A stretch of 64,000 nucleotides of DNA. Source: an uncultured delta proteobacterium. Lineage in GTDB: Bacteria > Desulfobacterota > RBG-13-43-22. Below the pieces are notes generated by a model. That model was not told the origin of the DNA. It saw nothing but the letters and a program-made list of their open reading frames with translations, and did not search any database. Location of the stretch: positions 171,914 through 235,913 of the forward strand of contig CAWDKY010000053.1 in assembly GCA_963802945.1 (NCBI GenBank), written 5' to 3'. A program made the translations under genes and the position numbers. Within the stretch, counting starts at the first letter, position 1. Every line of letters begins with the position of its first letter. Shown in pieces: positions 61,375 to 64,000 of the stretch.

Positions 61375-62946
61375 TCAGTTACTTATATTATTTAGATCAC
61401 AGGCAGAAACCATCAGGGACGAAATTCGCCACCTTTTTTTCTTAATGTTCTTATCGGCTACACGGCAGTCTTTTTCAACAAAATATACTCTCCTACCTTC
61501 AACCGTATTATTCGGGTATTGGATGGAGAATACAGCCGCTTTGCCTGGGAAATCAGTATCTGAAGAGCGAATAATAAAAAAATGATCATTCATTTTATTC
61601 TCTATAAAAACGAAAGAACCTTCCGGATAGGCTCTGATTGTTTTTTCAATATCGGTAATCGTGTCAAAATATAATTTTTTTTCATGAACTTTTATATTCG
61701 GAAGGTTAATTTTTTGCGCAAGATTAATACTAGGATAAATAGAAATGCCGATCACAATGAAAACAACGGGAATGACTATTTTTTTAATTTTTGGAAAAAT
61801 ATCCAATAGTTCATCGGCCATCAAAGTCAGCATGATAACAACAATCATTAGAACAACATAAAAATATCGCGGTGTGAGCGATGCCATACTGATAGGGACA
61901 TTAAAGATTTGATAAAGCGGAGCTCGTCCGTAGGCGGTCAGTCCCGTTAATCCAAGAAAAAATAGACTTAAAGCAGCATAATGCCGCCGGTATTCTTTAG
62001 TACGTAAAAACAGAACAATAAATAGTATGACAACCGGGATCGAGATGAAAATTGCAGCAGCCGGGTATTCCGTTGTCGAAAAAAAGAAAAGCATGGGGAA
62101 AGCAGCCAGGCAATAAATGCTGTAGGTGCACATCCTTATAAACCATTCAAAAATAATTTTGTAATGACTCAAAGCAACACTCGCGTCAACAGTCTTTATA
62201 GTATGAATTTCCTCGCTGAAATAGTAATAAAGGGAGTTTTTGAAAATAAACAATAACAGAATTACCGCAATAACAGGAAGCATTGATGCGGCCATTTTCC
62301 ATTTCTGATCATTTTTCCAGAGAATAATTGCTATGGCCATAGGAGACAGACACACAAGGGCCAGTCCGTTACCGAAAGAAGTTGCCATCAGGAAAAAGTA
62401 AATGGACCAGCGGATCACTAGGCTCATAGAAAATAAAATCTTTTCCTTTTCAATTCTGAGAAGATCATATAAACACAATAGAAAAAAAAACCCGACAAGG
62501 ACATGACCATATACAGCGTACCATCCCAGTGCTCCATTGTTAACTGGGCAGATGCCCCAGATCATCATGCCGGCAGCAGCTAATGATGGTTTGTCTGTTA
62601 CGAGATGAATGATTTTATACAGAAGGTATGCACTGCTCATATGGGTAAGTAGAACTGTCGAAAAATAGACAACTGAATTCAAGCCAAATAGTTTGAACAT
62701 ACAGTAAAATATCAAATTTCGGAAGATATAAAGATGACCGCCAATGTTAGAAAAAATAAATTCAAGAGGGTTCCAGTTAGAGATCTGATAGAAAATGAGA
62801 AAATCATCCGCGAAGAAAAATGAAAAAAGGAGCTGATAATTTACAATTAGCACAGCCGCCAGCGAAATAATGAGCATCAATCTTTCAGCATTAACACGCG
62901 CCCAAATATTATTTCTTAATTTTACTATTTTCAAAAGGATTGCCAT
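61375..62946 (-). CDS. GT-C-like polytopic membrane protein, tandem paralogue 3
   Basis: FFFADDF; extensive identity to paralogues 1 and 2. Confidence 0.75.
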   Translation of the reverse strand: MAILLKIVKLRNNIWARVNAERLMLIISLAAVLIVNYQLLFSFFFADDFLIFYQISNWNPLEFIFSNIGGHLYIFRNLIFYCMFKLFGLNSVVYFSTVLLTHMSSAYLLYKIIHLVTDKPSLAAAGMMIWGICPVNNGALGWYAVYGHVLVGFFFLLCLYDLLRIEKEKILFSMSLVIRWSIYFFLMATSFGNGLALVCLSPMAIAIILWKNDQKWKMAASMLPVIAVILLLFIFKNSLYYYFSEEIHTIKTVDASVALSHYKIIFEWFIRMCTYSIYCLAAFPMLFFFSTTEYPAAAIFISIPVVILFIVLFLRTKEYRRHYAALSLFFLGLTGLTAYGRAPLYQIFNVPISMASLTPRYFYVVLMIVVIMLTLMADELLDIFPKIKKIVIPVVFIVIGISIYPSINLAQKINLPNIKVHEKKLYFDTITDIEKTIRAYPEGSFVFIENKMNDHFFIIRSSDTDFPGKAAVFSIQYPNNTVEGRRVYFVEKDCRVADKNIKKKRWRISSLMVSACDLNNISN

Positions 62947-63102
62947 ATATCACCTCTTAAATTTCCGGTTATTATATCTCAGCATAACATCATAAAATTG
63001 ATAATATGTCAACTTGCTAAATTTATCAATAAGTTAGCAGAGTTCCATAATTCGGATTATATATAACCAATAGATTTCCGTTAATGAATAAAGGAACACC
63101 AT

Positions 63103-63942
63103 ATGTCTAAAGAAGCATTTCCCAAAATTGCGGTTCAGATTCCTGCTTGGAACCAAGCAGAGGAACTTGCCGATTGTCTCAATAGCCTTAAAGAAGTCCA
63201 ATACGGCAATCTGGAAGTTGTCGTCGTAAACAACGGCGAGGATCATACCTCGGAAATGATCAAACGGGATTTTACATGGGTTACCTTAATGGAAGAAGGC
63301 ATCGATCTCGGCTTCTGCCGAGCCAATAATATTGGATTCCGTTATGGTCTCAAAAATAAATTTGATTATATTTTTCTGCTCAACGGCGATACAAAGGTTT
63401 TTCCGGATACTATTTCAACTCTGCTTGAAGTCATGGAGAGTGACGCATCCATAGCCATTGCCGGTGCAAAAAATATTCTTATGGAAAATCCCTATTATCT
63501 GTGGGGAAAATATGTGCAGGTCAAATGGAGTCCAATGCTGGTCATGACGGCAGGCAGATATGAACCGGACCAGAAAGAGAAGCAGCCTCCCAAGGATGTT
63601 GACTCGGTCATCTGCAACGGATGCCTTATCCGCTGCACAGCTCTTGAAGAGGTAGGACTCTTTGATGAGAATTACTGGATGTGCGATGAGGATGTCGAAT
63701 GGTCTTACCGCGCAAAAGAAAAGGGATATCGCACTGTATATGTGGATGAGGCGGCCATTCTTCATAAGGGGAACTCCAGTACAAATTTATTAAACAGAAA
63801 AAAGGTGTTCTCGTATGGTTATTTTCTCGGCAGAAATCCATTCCTTTTTGCAAGGAAATATGGGAAAAAATATCAGATCGCAAAATTATATCTCAATATC
63901 TGTGTCGGTATTGTCTTCCGGATACTATACTATTTATGTTGA
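63103..63942 (+). CDS. Glycosyltransferase family 2
   Basis: IPAWN, LGFCRANN, LLNGD, GLFDENYWMCDEDVEW. Confidence 0.85.
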   Translation: MSKEAFPKIAVQIPAWNQAEELADCLNSLKEVQYGNLEVVVVNNGEDHTSEMIKRDFTWVTLMEEGIDLGFCRANNIGFRYGLKNKFDYIFLLNGDTKVFPDTISTLLEVMESDASIAIAGAKNILMENPYYLWGKYVQVKWSPMLVMTAGRYEPDQKEKQPPKDVDSVICNGCLIRCTALEEVGLFDENYWMCDEDVEWSYRAKEKGYRTVYVDEAAILHKGNSSTNLLNRKKVFSYGYFLGRNPFLFARKYGKKYQIAKLYLNICVGIVFRILYYLC

Positions 63943-64000
63943 AACACAGTCCATATGGTGATAGACATCTACAGATCCAACCGCAGAATTATTGTCACTT

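Noticed and set aside
56563-62946. Diversity-generating retroelement (template/variable repeats)
   Set aside because: Differences between copies are not adenine-specific and there is no reverse transcriptase; gene duplication explains the repeats.
54100-63000. Integron cassette array
   Set aside because: No attC-like RYYYAAC...GTTRRRY palindromes recognised between genes and no integrase.

Overview
Bacterial chromosomal window, probably Desulfobacterota/deltaproteobacterial (inferred from the gene orders pgpA-cinA-thpR-recA-alaS and argS-SPOR-argA-secA-argJ). Three blocks. (1) 1-11.5 kb: ettA 5' end, acyl-CoA/aromatic-type catabolic genes (cyclase, CoA ligase, MaoC, a probable heterodimeric class III CoA-transferase) and malQ/capA. 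(2) 11.6-31.4 kb: housekeeping genes. (3) 31.4-64 kb: an increasingly AT-rich surface-glycan locus with an O-antigen ligase, WecA, an RfaH-like NusG paralogue and an ops-consensus site, Wzm/Wzt, a sulfotransferase, three methyltransferase/coiled-coil proteins (one a 1754-aa multi-GT), rml-like genes, three acyltransferase-3 genes and a tandem array of GT-C-like membrane proteins. The most unusual signal is non-coding: many intergenic gaps carry degenerate 7/8/9-nt-period tandem repeats, often as inverted arm pairs. These enclose either a short spacer or stacked hairpin cargo, including a nested MITE with a 3-bp target duplication. Also found by hand: an uncalled 58-aa Cys4 protein upstream of argS, a gmd-like remnant ORF coupled to wzm, four single-base frameshifts (probably sequencing errors) and one nonsense-interrupted acyltransferase. 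I saw no rRNA, tRNA, CRISPR array, transposase, integrase or reverse transcriptase. All calls are by-eye motif recognition with no database searches.
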